Positions 1-10,214 of a stretch of DNA of 64,000 bases are shown here, piece by piece. Both the position numbers and the translations under genes were made by a program. The stretch comes from an uncultured Verrucomicrobiae bacterium. Its GTDB lineage: Bacteria > Verrucomicrobiota > Verrucomicrobiia > Chthoniobacterales > Chthoniobacteraceae. The DNA is taken from positions 32,001 to 96,000 of the forward strand of contig CAWHEP010000009.1 of the NCBI GenBank assembly GCA_963828525.1, in the 5' to 3' direction. Position 1 is the stretch's first letter; each line of letters opens with the position of its first letter. The notes under the pieces were generated by a model. It ran no database searches. It was not told the origin of the DNA and saw only the letters and a program-made list of their open reading frames with translations.

Positions 1-252
1 CTTCTGGAAAAGCAGGGTATTATTGGGATCGGCGTGGATTGCTTCCGAGAGGTCTGCGCCCACTTTGTTGGCGTTGATATCAAAGGCCGCCGTAAACTCA
101 ATGTCTCGAGGATGATATCCCCCAAGATCCACGTGCATAAGCCCAGGAATAAAATCGTCCTCGCTTGCGCTTTCGTAAAAATTGACGCCCTGCACAAGTG
201 AACTCGCGCAGTTTCCTACGCCGATGATCGCCACGCGTATCTTATTGCTCAT
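1..252 (-). CDS. ino1: myo-inositol-1-phosphate (inositol-3-phosphate) synthase, N-terminal part, runs off the window edge
   Basis: Not in the ORF track. Manual translation from ATG at 252 gives [72 protein letters not shown], the typical bacterial Ino1 N-terminus. ATGA overlap with the upstream gene. Confidence 0.92.
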   Translation of the reverse strand, partial: MSNKIRVAIIGVGNCASSLVQGVNFYESASEDDFIPGLMHVDLGGYHPRDIEFTAAFDINANKVGADLSEAIHADPNNTLLFQK

Positions 253-1346
253 GTAGTCGCCGCCTCCTGAAGCAGTTGTTCCCCCGCCCGCGCCGGTATG
301 CCCAGGATCATCTCCAGTTCGGCAGCGCGGTGGGTCGCAGTGTGTTCACCCAGAACCCGCTGCCGGGCGCGCTCTCCAATCGCCCGCCGATCCAGCTCGG
401 GCGTCTCGCGAAGGATGTCGCGCATCTCGGAAGGGGAGCGCGCGACGAGAATTTCCAGGCCAGGCCGGAAAAACGTTTCGAGGCCCGCCCAATGATCCGT
501 GATTATCGGAATACCACAGGCGGCGGCTTCAAATAAACGGACACTGGGAGAGTAGCCAGCTCGCGCCATGGCAGCCCGCGTAACATTCAAAGTAAATGTC
601 TGCGAATTGTAGAACGCGCGGTGCTCTGCCGGGGACAGATGGGAGAGCCGTTCTACGTTGGCCGGCCATGAGACGCAGGAGGGGTATAATGACCCTGCCA
701 CTACGAAATTCAGCTCCTGCTCGCGGCGGGCGGGTTCAAGAAGGAGTTGATCCAAGGATCCTTGCCGATCTTCGCTATACGTTCCCAAGTAGCCCAACAG
801 CCACTTGTGCCGCCGCGTCTCCGGGTAATACACCGCCGGATCAACAGAGCAATAAAGCGTTCGCGCTTCAGGAGAGTGAAAGTCCCGTTCGATTCTTTCC
901 AGCAGCGGGCCACCACTGAACGAAAGATAGCAGTCAAAGAGCGGCACCAATTCCGGCGACAGATACTCGCATTTCCCAGCATCGAGCCGCGCCAGTGTCT
1001 CTGGTGTGTCGATATCATAGAAGGCGGTTTTGCCGCCTGCCACCCTTGTCACCCAAGTCGCCACCTCCACCCCGTCGGGCACGAACGAGCCCACGATCAC
1101 GCAATCGGCCTCCGCCACGGCATCCGTGAAGCCCGATTGAAGGTTTGCGATCGACTCATAGAATTGCAGGTCGCAGTATTCCGGGTCAGATAAATCCCTC
1201 GCGCTCGCGTACCAAGGTTGGTTGCGCTCCAGAAAAAGTATGTCGTGGCCACGCCTGGACAGCTCCAGAAGCAAGCTTCTATACGTGGTCGCGTGACCGT
1301 TTCCCCATGAGGAACTGAGTGACAGGCCAAGCACTACGATTCTCAT
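249..1346 (-). CDS. CgeB-family glycosyltransferase (GT-B, Glyco_trans_1_2-like)
   Basis: [18 protein letters not shown]-terminus and C-terminal [24 protein letters not shown] motifs. Confidence 0.85.
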   Translation of the reverse strand: MRIVVLGLSLSSSWGNGHATTYRSLLLELSRRGHDILFLERNQPWYASARDLSDPEYCDLQFYESIANLQSGFTDAVAEADCVIVGSFVPDGVEVATWVTRVAGGKTAFYDIDTPETLARLDAGKCEYLSPELVPLFDCYLSFSGGPLLERIERDFHSPEARTLYCSVDPAVYYPETRRHKWLLGYLGTYSEDRQGSLDQLLLEPARREQELNFVVAGSLYPSCVSWPANVERLSHLSPAEHRAFYNSQTFTLNVTRAAMARAGYSPSVRLFEAAACGIPIITDHWAGLETFFRPGLEILVARSPSEMRDILRETPELDRRAIGERARQRVLGEHTATHRAAELEMILGIPARAGEQLLQEAATT

Positions 1347-2418
1347 ACCAAAAGAGCGAGTTCACTTAGCGCCGCTTCCACCTTGCCCGCTCGATGCGTG
1401 TAAGTGTGCTCGGCGAGTGCCCGACGGCGGGCGGCGTCGCCGATGCGCCGCGCCCGGGCTGGAGTAAGCTCTGCCAGAAGTTCAGCCACTTCCTCACCGT
1501 TCTTCGCGACGAGGATCTCCACTTCTGGCTCGAAGAATTCACTCATACCTTCCCACGCGTCGCTCAATACACACGCGCCCGCGCCGGCTGCCTCAAATAC
1601 GCGAGTCGCGGGTGAGTACCCATACCGGGCCATGCTGTCTCTCGCGATGTTGAGAACAGCAAGCGGACTTGAATTAAATCGGTTGTGATCGGCTGTGTAA
1701 ACATGGCCAAGATTACGGACATTTGACGGCAGCGCCTTGTCATCCCAGCCGCTGCCACCCAGGAGGAATGAGCGTTCCGGCGCCGCGTTGGCAGCCTTGA
1801 GAAAGAACTCTTCCACCCGCGCTTCACGGTCCGGAAGCCTATTGCCGAGAAACGCCAAATCGGCGGCGAATCGCTCATCAAAGCAAGGGTAGTGCGTAGC
1901 GCAATCGAGCCCGTTATAGATTGGAACACACGCGCGCGACGCCAAGTTCCTCGTAAGCTATCGTGACGGGCGGACCGCCGCCATAGGTGAAGACCAGATC
2001 GTACCTCGGAACCAGCTTGCGGAAAGGGTCGGCAGGATCAGACCGCGCGCGATCAAGTGTCGAGGGAGCGTCAACATCCCAGAATACGACAAGCGAGTCC
2101 GGGCGACGCTGATCAAGGACAGCCTCCTCAAGCAGTTCATCGAAAACCCCGACTCCGCTCGCCTTCACCACCAAATCCGCGTCCCGCGCCGCTGCCACTT
2201 GCCGCAAAGCGGCTTCTTCCGTGTTTTCGTAAACCACCACGTCAGCCCAATAGGGCGGCATCATATCGCGGTGTTGCTGCCGCGAATAAGCGTCTGGTTC
2301 GTAGAAAGTGGTTCTGTGCCCCCGATCGTGGAGCAGCGCGGATCAGTCCCCTGTAGTATGTCGCCGCTCCATTCCAGTATGCGGACACAAGACTGGAACC
2401 AAAGAATGCAATTTTCAT
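1343..2418 (-). CDS. second CgeB-family glycosyltransferase, split by two frameshifts (about 2335 and 1930)
   Basis: MKIAFFGSSLVSAYWNGAATYYRGLIRA from ATG at 2418, middle part in ORF 1914..2264, C-terminus in ORF 1343..1945 (SPATRVFEAAGAG..EHTY). Confidence 0.8.
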
Positions 2419-2425
2419 CAGGCGC

Positions 2426-3505
2426 TCAAGCAGCTTCCACGGTGAGTTGCTTTTCTTCGCTCGCGCCTTGAAGCCATTCATACAGTTTGCAAACCCCCTG
2501 CCGCGCGCCAATACGGGGTTCCCATCCGGTCGCCTTCTGAAACTTCGTGTAATCTGACACGTAATACCTTTGATCTCCTGGACGCCACTCGCCACGTCGC
2601 GCTTCAGGAGCAACTCCATGCAGCTCGCTGATAAGTCTCATCAATTCCAGCAAACTTGTGGTGTTCGCAGGGCCCCCGCCAATGTTAAATGCTTCGCCGG
2701 CAAGGGCTCTCGCGTTGGCGCGCGCAAGCAGAAGCGCATCAACCAGATCTTCCACAAAAAGGATGTCGCGCACCTGCCTGCCGTCTCCATAAAGAATGAT
2801 TGGCTGCTCTTCCATGGCGCGGATGAGAAAGTGGGCGACCCACCCCTGATCTTCCGTGCCGAACTGATGGGGACCGTAAATACAGCTCATCCGGAAGACC
2901 AGCGCCGGGAGATTAAACATGCGCGCATGGTCGAGGACATATTGATCAGCGGCGCCCTTGGAGCAGCCATAAGGGCTGTAAAAATTTAACCGCGCTGCTT
3001 CGCCTATGCCTCTGCCCCGAATCGACACATCAGACGGTTCATACCTGCCGTCCTTCTCCCGCAGCGCCACTTCTTCCAAGCTGCCATACACTTTGTTCGT
3101 CGAGGTGAATACCAATGGGGGCGGTTCAGACATCCCGCGCATCGCTTCGAGCACGTTCATAGTACCTAACGCATTAACCTCAAAGTCCAGACGCGGGCGC
3201 TCGACGCTTGTCGTCACAGCCACTTGGGCGGCAAGATGAAAAACCGCCGCCGCGTTCCTAATATGCTTGCAGAGTGTCTCGTAGTCCCGGACATCAGCGA
3301 CTTCGACAACGAGTTCGCTCCCGTGGCAAGAGCGCAGCCAATCGCAGTTTTTCTCGACTCCGGCGCGAGAGAGGTTGTCGTAGATGACCACCCGCTCCCC
3401 TTCCGCGAGGAGCCGATTGGCGAGATTCGCGCCTATGAAGCCGGCTCCTCCGGTGATGAGAACCGGGCGCTTCGATCTAACTCGTATCGGTGTTCTTTTT
3501 TCCAT
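2426..3505 (-). CDS. NAD-dependent epimerase/dehydratase, CDP-paratose 2-epimerase (RfbE)-like extended SDR
   Basis: TGGAGFIG, HLAAQVAVTTS, STNKVYG, YGCSK, EDQGWVAHF and RPGDQ motifs; ATG at 3505 overlaps the upstream stop. Confidence 0.85.
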   Translation of the reverse strand: MEKRTPIRVRSKRPVLITGGAGFIGANLANRLLAEGERVVIYDNLSRAGVEKNCDWLRSCHGSELVVEVADVRDYETLCKHIRNAAAVFHLAAQVAVTTSVERPRLDFEVNALGTMNVLEAMRGMSEPPPLVFTSTNKVYGSLEEVALREKDGRYEPSDVSIRGRGIGEAARLNFYSPYGCSKGAADQYVLDHARMFNLPALVFRMSCIYGPHQFGTEDQGWVAHFLIRAMEEQPIILYGDGRQVRDILFVEDLVDALLLARANARALAGEAFNIGGGPANTTSLLELMRLISELHGVAPEARRGEWRPGDQRYYVSDYTKFQKATGWEPRIGARQGVCKLYEWLQGASEEKQLTVEAA

Positions 3506-4623
3506 CAGACTGTGAGACCACGACTGACCAACTCGTCTGCCGCGCTTGCGACATTGTCCACCGCCGTCTGGCCTTGAAGCCATTCAGCGAGCTCTACGAG
3601 GCCTTTTTCCAGTGTGACCCGCGGCCTGTAGCCCAACACCTCCTGGGCTAGTGAAATATCCGCAAAGCAGTTCCGAATATCACCCATCCGGTTATTTCCC
3701 GTGACCTCAGCTTCGATGTGGGATTTTCCGAGGACGCGCCCCATTTTCGCGGCGACCTGGCGGACTGTGAGCGGTTCTCCACTGCCAATATTTAGAACGT
3801 GATCCGCCGCGGCGGGAACCTCCATCGCGAGCCGGCATGCCCTGACAATGTCACGAACAGACACAAAGTCCCTCTGCTGATAACCGTCCTCGTTGATGAG
3901 CGGGGGGCGATCATTCAGGAGCCGTGCCGCAAAGATCGCCAGCACTCCGGTGTAGGGATTGGACAGAGCTTGGCGAGTGCCGAATATATTGAAAAAGCGG
4001 AGCCCGACCGTAGGGATGCCGTAGGCCCTTCCAACAACCATGCACAGTCGTTCCTGGTGATATTTGGAAATCGCATACACCGATGGCAAAGCTGGGCACT
4101 TGGATTCCGGGGTGGGCACGGGCTCCAGCGCTTCGCCTCCGGCTCCCCGCACTTCCCAGTCGTGTTGCTTCAGTTGTGATAGCGGACGTTCGGCTCCCAC
4201 CACCCGTTCGCCGCTGGAGTTTTTATAGAGACCTTCACCGTAGATGCTCATGCTGGACGCTACGACCAGCTTCTCGACGCGACGCTTTGCGAGCGCCTCC
4301 AGAAGAACAGCGGTTCCTAAACCGTTGGCACTGGTGTAATGCTCGATCTCATACATGCTCTGGCCGACCCCGACCGCGGCAGCCAGATGAAAAACCACGC
4401 TGACGCCGTTAAGCGCGCGCCAGACCACCTGCGGGTCTCGGATGTCTCCCCGGATGAGATCAATGTCCTCCGCAAGATACTCAGGCTTGCCAATTGCCGA
4501 GCCATGCACTTGAGGGTGCAAACAATCAAGCACCCGTACCTCGTAGCCATGATCAAGAAGCTCGTCCGCAAGGTGCGAGCCGACAAATCCCGCGCCGCCT
4601 GTGATGAGAATTTTTTTGCTCAT
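3505..4623 (-). CDS. NAD-dependent nucleotide-sugar epimerase/dehydratase (WbiB-like extended SDR)
   Basis: TGGAGFVG, VGVGQSMY, YAISK (YxxxK) and QALSNPYTGV motifs. Confidence 0.85.
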   Translation of the reverse strand: MSKKILITGGAGFVGSHLADELLDHGYEVRVLDCLHPQVHGSAIGKPEYLAEDIDLIRGDIRDPQVVWRALNGVSVVFHLAAAVGVGQSMYEIEHYTSANGLGTAVLLEALAKRRVEKLVVASSMSIYGEGLYKNSSGERVVGAERPLSQLKQHDWEVRGAGGEALEPVPTPESKCPALPSVYAISKYHQERLCMVVGRAYGIPTVGLRFFNIFGTRQALSNPYTGVLAIFAARLLNDRPPLINEDGYQQRDFVSVRDIVRACRLAMEVPAAADHVLNIGSGEPLTVRQVAAKMGRVLGKSHIEAEVTGNNRMGDIRNCFADISLAQEVLGYRPRVTLEKGLVELAEWLQGQTAVDNVASAADELVSRGLTV

Positions 4624-4708
4624 GCTGTTTGAAAATCTTCAAAACGACAGTTCCCTGTAGTCGGTGTATTTTCGAACGGATGTTAATCTTCGGATGCATC
4701 AATGTTGC

Positions 4709-4738
4709 TCGCATGTGTTTGTCCTGTCACACATGCGA
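4709..4738. promoter_or_regulatory. perfect 10-bp inverted repeat with a 10-nt spacer in the divergent intergenic region; candidate operator
   Basis: TCGCATGTGT-ttgtcctgtc-ACACATGCGA. Confidence 0.4.
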
Positions 4739-4815
4739 TTACGCGAACATGCATTTTCATCTGGCAGCCCTCCTGATCGATGTGTTTAGTTCTATGCCAT
4801 GACAATCCGTCCGAA

Positions 4816-5235
4816 ATGACGAAAGCGCTGGGCGTCGATCTCGGAGATGTCAGGATTGGTATCGCGATCTCTGACGACTTGGGAATGCTGGCACATCCGC
4901 TCGAAACCATCCGCGTCGCGGACAAGCCTGAGCCCGTAGAAAGGATCGCCCAGATCACGCTGGATAAAAAGGTGGAGATTATCATCTTGGGGATGCCGAG
5001 GAACATGAACGGCACGTATGGTCCCGCCGCTGACAAGGCCAGGGCTTTTGCGGAACGCCTCCAAGCCAAGGTCAAATGCGAGGTAAAATTCTGGGACGAA
5101 CGCCTTACATCGGTAGCAGCGCAAAAAGAACTGCGCGCGGGAGGCAAAAATACGAAGAACAGCCGCGCGGTGATCGATCAGGTAGCGGCGCAATTGATAC
5201 TGCAAGGCTACCTCGATTCAATCGCGATGAGCTAA
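4816..5235 (+). CDS. ruvX: YqgF/RuvX family nuclease (Holliday junction resolvase-like, pre-16S rRNA nuclease)
   Basis: ALGVDLGDVRIGIAISD, WDERLTS and IDQVAAQLILQGYLD motifs; ATG at 4816. Confidence 0.93.
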   Translation: MTKALGVDLGDVRIGIAISDDLGMLAHPLETIRVADKPEPVERIAQITLDKKVEIIILGMPRNMNGTYGPAADKARAFAERLQAKVKCEVKFWDERLTSVAAQKELRAGGKNTKNSRAVIDQVAAQLILQGYLDSIAMS

Positions 5236-5240
5236 TCAGG

Positions 5241-6051
5241 ATGCCGAGCTTGGAGCGTTCGCGAGAACCGGCTGCCAGACTGAAATTGATCATCGCGTAC
5301 GACGGGGCGCCGTTTCAAGGCTGGCAGAGCCAGGCTGGGGGCAACACGGTGCAAGACCGTCTCGAGGGGGCGTTTGAGTCCATTCTGGGGATCCCTGTCT
5401 CTGTTCAGGGATCCGGTCGCACCGACGCTGGGGCGCATGCCCTCGGCCAATGCGCTCACGCCGATGTGCCATCCACTCGCATGAATGCCGAAGGGTGGAT
5501 GAGGGCGCTCAATGCGAACATGCCCCCGCAAATCCGTGTTCTCCGCTGCGCTGAAGCTTCACCAAAATTTCACGCGCGTTTCGACGCGGTTGGCAAGATT
5601 TACAAATATCGTATCTGGAATGCCAGCGCGCATATGCCTCTGGAAATCGGGCGCTCATGGCATTTCCCAAGGCCGCTGAGTCTGAAGACGCTCCAAAGCG
5701 CCGCGTCAATGCTAACCGGGACGCACGACTTTGCCCCGTTTGCTGCCAGGCGAGACAAGCGCCCCCTGGATACGGTACAGAACAATCTCGAAGATACACG
5801 TCGCTGCCACGGGTCCTCTGATAACGTTAACATTCAAGGGCAGTGGTTTTCTCTACAAGATGGTGCGCTTGATGACCGGAACAATGGTTCGATGCGCGGA
5901 AGGGCGGGCGGAGCCGCGTTGGATCGAAACACTCCTCGCTGGAGCGCTCCGAGAAGGCGCATCGGGGGTTGCAGGCGGCACGATCTTACCCTCAAAGACG
6001 AGCTTCGCGGCGCCAGCAGAGGGATTGTATCTGGCTCGGGTTCTCTACTGA
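5241..6051 (+). CDS. truA: tRNA pseudouridine(38-40) synthase, one frameshift near 5779
   Basis: AYDGAPFQGWQSQ, SGRTDAGAHA, HARF and GTHDF in ORF 5076..6245; GFLYKMVR..APAEGLYL in ORF 5731..6051. Confidence 0.9.
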
Positions 6052-6061
6052 TCCCGGAAAC

Positions 6062-6094
6062 AAAAAAGGCGCGAGTTCCCTCGCGCCTTTTTTT
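6062..6094. terminator. bidirectional intrinsic terminator between convergent truA and the secreted-protein gene
   Basis: AAAAAA-GGCGCGAG-ttcc-CTCGCGCC-TTTTTTT. Confidence 0.88.
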
Positions 6095-6110
6095 AAAACT
6101 TACCTTGCCG

Positions 6111-7472
6111 CTACGGGCTCAGGGGCGTTGGAGGACCGCTTGGCGGTCTTCTCGGAGGGAGGCTCGCAACCGGAGGAGTATTGGAAGGCAGGTTGGTCGG
6201 GAAACCAAGCGATCCAGGCACAAAAGGTGTTCTGGATGGCAATAGCTCCGACACCGGTGGCAGAAGACCTTTGCCGTCCTTCCCGTCGGCCAATTCCTTG
6301 CCATCGCTGGAAGACCGGGTGCTGCTGCTTCCGCTTGTGTTCTCCGCGATCGCCTCGGGCGATCCGCTGAGTTGATACGCGGTGAGCGACACATCGTCGA
6401 AGGAATTAATCTCCCGGATTGGGATGGCTTGTTTGCCATCATCAGGAGTCCAGCGAACCATCATGCTCGTGGCGCTCGTGGGTGCAAAATCGGCGCTTGC
6501 ATGAGAACTGGCGCCAGTCAGCACAAGAGTTGCGATAGGGGTGAGACCGTCAAGAGACTTGAGAGGTTCAGCATCATTCGCCACCTTGATATACTGAGAC
6601 TGGTTGCCGGAAGCCGCAGTGGGGGCTCCGGAGGCGGCGTCCTTCAGAAAGAACTCCAGCTTGCCTTTCGCAGATGGCGCAGTGAGAACAGAAACGCGTT
6701 GAATCCCGACGGGGGCGTCATACTTGATCACGACGCCTGCGTCTGCTGAAGGCGCCACGGAGATCGCGCTCTCAGGATTATCATCTATGACTTTCTGCCA
6801 ATCGAGGAACCCCTCGCCAGCATTGCAGAACGTGACCCGGGCCTTCCCGTAGAGACTGGAAGCGTTGAAGGCGACCTGGTTATTCACATAAGGCCCAAAC
6901 ACCGACCGGGTATCGATTGATTCCCCCCGCTTTTCGAGAGTGAAGCTCGTGGCCGGCTTCTCACCATACAGATAGAGGCTGTACCAAGGACCGGAGTCTG
7001 TCAGATTCGTCTCGACCAGCATGTATTTTGCAAAACGGCTGAATGGCTTGTTCATCTTGACGCCGTTTATCGAGTCAACCGCGAGATTCTTCGCGAGTGG
7101 AGCCCAGCTTTTGGAAGAAGGAGGAGCGGGCTCATCCCCAGCGTAGAGGCTCACCGTGCCGGATGCGCTTTGCGTAAGTATCGCAAAATTCGTGAGCAAC
7201 TCAGCCTTGGACAGCGACACAAGGTAATAGTGCTGCCCGAGCATCGGTGGCCAGCCGGTCGCGACATCATCGTCAAGCCAGGCCGCAGCAGCTTCGGTCG
7301 GCACGTAGGCCTGAGTGGCCGGATTATACAAGAACAGGTTCGAGCCGATATTCTGGCGCGCGAAGTTCTTGGGATAGACCTCCAGTTGCTTCGAGGCATC
7401 CTTCTCCTCGGAGGCCGCGAAAGCGCCAGAGGCGACTAGGAGCAGGAGCGAACTAATTAGTTTCGTCTTCAT
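6111..7472 (-). CDS. secreted hypothetical protein with two putative discoidin/F5-8C-like beta-sandwich domains and a Ser/Pro-rich tail
   Basis: Signal peptide MKTKLISSLLLLVASGAFA from ATG at 7472; two segments resembling 'aiDgd..t.W' (AWLDDDVATGW, KVIDDNPESAI) and an 'IREINSF' end strand. Confidence 0.6.
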   Translation of the reverse strand: MKTKLISSLLLLVASGAFAASEEKDASKQLEVYPKNFARQNIGSNLFLYNPATQAYVPTEAAAAWLDDDVATGWPPMLGQHYYLVSLSKAELLTNFAILTQSASGTVSLYAGDEPAPPSSKSWAPLAKNLAVDSINGVKMNKPFSRFAKYMLVETNLTDSGPWYSLYLYGEKPATSFTLEKRGESIDTRSVFGPYVNNQVAFNASSLYGKARVTFCNAGEGFLDWQKVIDDNPESAISVAPSADAGVVIKYDAPVGIQRVSVLTAPSAKGKLEFFLKDAASGAPTAASGNQSQYIKVANDAEPLKSLDGLTPIATLVLTGASSHASADFAPTSATSMMVRWTPDDGKQAIPIREINSFDDVSLTAYQLSGSPEAIAENTSGSSSTRSSSDGKELADGKDGKGLLPPVSELLPSRTPFVPGSLGFPTNLPSNTPPVASLPPRRPPSGPPTPLSP

Positions 7473-7569
7473 CGGTTTAGCTTTTAAGTGACTTTTGTTT
7501 CTTTGGAAATAAAATAACGCATTCGGCTCTGAGAACAGATTACAGAGCGTTCTGGTATTTCGGATGGTT

Positions 7570-7598
7570 ATGGTAATTCGAAAATCCCAACCTGCCAA
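7570..7598 (-). promoter_or_regulatory. candidate sigma70-like promoter of the secreted-protein gene
   Basis: Minus strand TTGGCA-N17-TACCAT. Confidence 0.35.
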
Positions 7599-7711
7599 GG
7601 ACTTTTTCATTTTTTCTTAGTTTTTATTCTCCCGCCCCACTACATCATCGTTCTTGTCACGCGGCGGCGCGTTGTTTAAGTAGATGCGCCGACGCTCGCA
7701 CTGATTACGAA

Positions 7712-10204
7712 ATGTCCGAAACCGAGAACGAAACGATTACCCCTCCTCAGCCGCGGCGGCCCGATCTGAGCAGCGGCGTAAAGCTTGGAGAACGGTTCAT
7801 TCTGAAGGACCGCGTGGAATGGGGCGCAGACCCATTGGTTCTATTCACCGCGACAGATGAAACGACCTCGAAGGACTGTATTCTAGCCTTTCTTCCCGAA
7901 GCGGTCCTCGCGGATCCCGCCGCGTTGAAAGAATTGCGCAACCTCGCGCGTCTCAATCGCCGGTTAATACATCCGAACATTGTTCGGATCCACGAGCTGG
8001 TGGAAGAGCCACAGTGGGCCGCAATTCTGATGGATTTTGCGGAAGGTGAGAGCCTCGCGTTGGCGCGGCTCGGGAAGGAAAAGCACATCGCGCAGCCGGA
8101 AGAGGCAGGGCCCTGGATCGCGCGAATTTGTCAGACACTTCACGATGCGAGCCAAACCGGTCTCCTTCATCTGGACGTCGCGCCGGCAAACCTGATCCTT
8201 TCGAACTCTGGAGCACTGCGCGTGGCCAACTTCAGGGTCACTCGCTGCGCGCAGGATGCCGTCGCGCGAGCCGTCGGACAGGCCACAACATCTGCCGGGC
8301 GCCTGAGTCCCCAGCGCATGCAGGGAGAGGCTCCCTCGCAGGCGGACGACGTTTATTCTCTGGGAATATTGATCTTTGAGCTTTTAACCGGAGAGCTGCC
8401 TTTTGCGGGGAAAGACATCAAGAGTGAGGCGCGCGACAGCGTTCCGCCTCTGCTTTCGGAGCGCCGGAGAGAACTAGGGCCTGTCCCGGAAAGCTGGGAT
8501 CGCGCGGTTGCAGCCTGCCTCGAAAAGGATCCTTCCAAACGCCCGCGCAGCGTGTTGGAAGTCGCGGAAATGCTAGAGGGCAAGATCCGCCCCGACGCCA
8601 TTAGCCAAAGCGCCGGCGCCGGCGCAACGATCTCTGGTATTGGAATTCCCCCTGGCCCAGACACTCTCGCCGAAGCGGTTACCCAGACAAAGGATTCGGC
8701 CCCTGGTTCGACGAAGCATGTAGTGCTGGTTCCATCGGCTTTGACGCCGACCTCCGCGGACACGAAATCCGACCCGCCTGTTTCAAAGTCCCGCTTCCCG
8801 GGGCTCGCGATGGCGGCTGTCGCCATCCTCGCCGCGTTAATCGGCGCCGCAGTCTTTCTCTCCAACAAATCGTCTGAGCCTGCTGGTGCCTCCTCCCCCA
8901 CCCCCGCTCCCCAGCATGCCCAGAGTTCGCCATCCCCGGCGATGGCTGCCCTCCCACAACCTTCCATCACGCCCCCTGTATCGGAAAAAGAGAGAGCCAG
9001 GCAGGAGCTTGAGGCCGCTCAAGCGGAAGTTTCCGAAAAATCAAAGGCGTTATTCACGGGAAAGCAGATTGCGGACGAACTTGCGAATCAGGTGAAGCCC
9101 TTGCGTGAGGAGCAGGACAGAACAGAGACAGACGCCCACGCTGCGCAGGAGGTCGCCGCGCAGAAGGCACATACCGCCGACGAGGCTAAGAAGGCCGCTG
9201 ATGACACGGAGGCTAAAGCCAAGGCAGCGGCGCTTGCCGTGCCACAACTCGAGAAGGCGCTTCAGAAAGCCCAGGATTCGCTGGTAGCCCGACGTCTTGC
9301 AGCGAAGGCGGCCGGGACCACCGCGGGTGGGGATTCTTCTGAAAAACCAAACGCGGTTCTGTCTGGATCAGGAAAAATCGCTGCTCCAGGCGCAACAGCG
9401 GCGCCGGAGTCTGCCGCTTCCCCGGTGAAACTGGGAAAATCGCCTACTTTGAGCATTCTTGCAGTCAATCAGAGGCCCACAGTATCGAAGACGTTGGTCA
9501 ACAGCTTGGGAATGCGTTTCGCTCCAGTCGGAAATGTGCTCTTTGGCATATGGCCTGTCAGGGTTCGCGACTTCGCGGAGTTTGCCAAAGCTTCGGGCTT
9601 CGCTTCCAGCGCCTGGAAGGATCCTGGCTTTGAACAGGCTCCGGATCACCCGGTGGTCTACGTAAGCTGGGACGACGCTATGAGCTTTTGCAAATGGCTC
9701 ACGGAAAAGGAACGGAAAGATGGAACTCTCGCCGCGAACCAATACTACCGTCTCCCGACCGATCTGGAGTGGAGCAAAGGAGTCGGCCTTCAGGAAGAAG
9801 CGGGTGGCACTCCCGAATCCCATGACATGGACATAACCGGAGTATTTCCTTGGGGAACGCAGTGGCCGCCGCCGCCCCGTTCCGGCAATTACACCGGGGA
9901 AGAGACGAATTCAGAAGTTGCGATCCACGGTTACAATGATGGATACCCGTGGACGTCGCCTGTGGGAGCTTTTCCACCCAATAAACTTGGCCTCTACGAC
10001 ATGGGCGGCAATGTTTCCCAGTGGGTTATGGACTCGTGGAATTCAGAACAGCGGGCAAAGGTTCTACGGGGCGGCTCCTGGTATAACGGAGCCCTGCGGC
10101 TGAGCCTTCTTTCTTCCTGCCGCGTGCATGCTCCACCGGAGACCAGCACGGACAATTGGGGGTTTCGCTGTGTTGTCGCGCCACTTAAATCGGCATCCAA
10201 CTAA
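7712..10204 (+). CDS. Ser/Thr kinase-like (probable pseudokinase) - TM helix - coiled coil - FGE-sulfatase (SUMF1/PvdO/TagR-like) domain protein
   Basis: HPNIVRIHE, HLDVAPAN, DVYSLG..ELLTGELPF, CLEKDPSKRP; TM GLAMAAVAILAALIGAAVFL; C-terminal HPVVYVSWDDA, YRLPTDLEW, GLYDMGGNV, RGGSW, GFRC. Confidence 0.88.
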   Translation: MSETENETITPPQPRRPDLSSGVKLGERFILKDRVEWGADPLVLFTATDETTSKDCILAFLPEAVLADPAALKELRNLARLNRRLIHPNIVRIHELVEEPQWAAILMDFAEGESLALARLGKEKHIAQPEEAGPWIARICQTLHDASQTGLLHLDVAPANLILSNSGALRVANFRVTRCAQDAVARAVGQATTSAGRLSPQRMQGEAPSQADDVYSLGILIFELLTGELPFAGKDIKSEARDSVPPLLSERRRELGPVPESWDRAVAACLEKDPSKRPRSVLEVAEMLEGKIRPDAISQSAGAGATISGIGIPPGPDTLAEAVTQTKDSAPGSTKHVVLVPSALTPTSADTKSDPPVSKSRFPGLAMAAVAILAALIGAAVFLSNKSSEPAGASSPTPAPQHAQSSPSPAMAALPQPSITPPVSEKERARQELEAAQAEVSEKSKALFTGKQIADELANQVKPLREEQDRTETDAHAAQEVAAQKAHTADEAKKAADDTEAKAKAAALAVPQLEKALQKAQDSLVARRLAAKAAGTTAGGDSSEKPNAVLSGSGKIAAPGATAAPESAASPVKLGKSPTLSILAVNQRPTVSKTLVNSLGMRFAPVGNVLFGIWPVRVRDFAEFAKASGFASSAWKDPGFEQAPDHPVVYVSWDDAMSFCKWLTEKERKDGTLAANQYYRLPTDLEWSKGVGLQEEAGGTPESHDMDITGVFPWGTQWPPPPRSGNYTGEETNSEVAIHGYNDGYPWTSPVGAFPPNKLGLYDMGGNVSQWVMDSWNSEQRAKVLRGGSWYNGALRLSLLSSCRVHAPPETSTDNWGFRCVVAPLKSASN

Positions 10205-10214
10205 GCGCCGATGT

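Noticed and set aside
5076..6245. 389-aa ORF as one gene
   Set aside because: It is truA up to the frameshift near 5779 plus off-frame read-through, and its 5' part overlaps ruvX.
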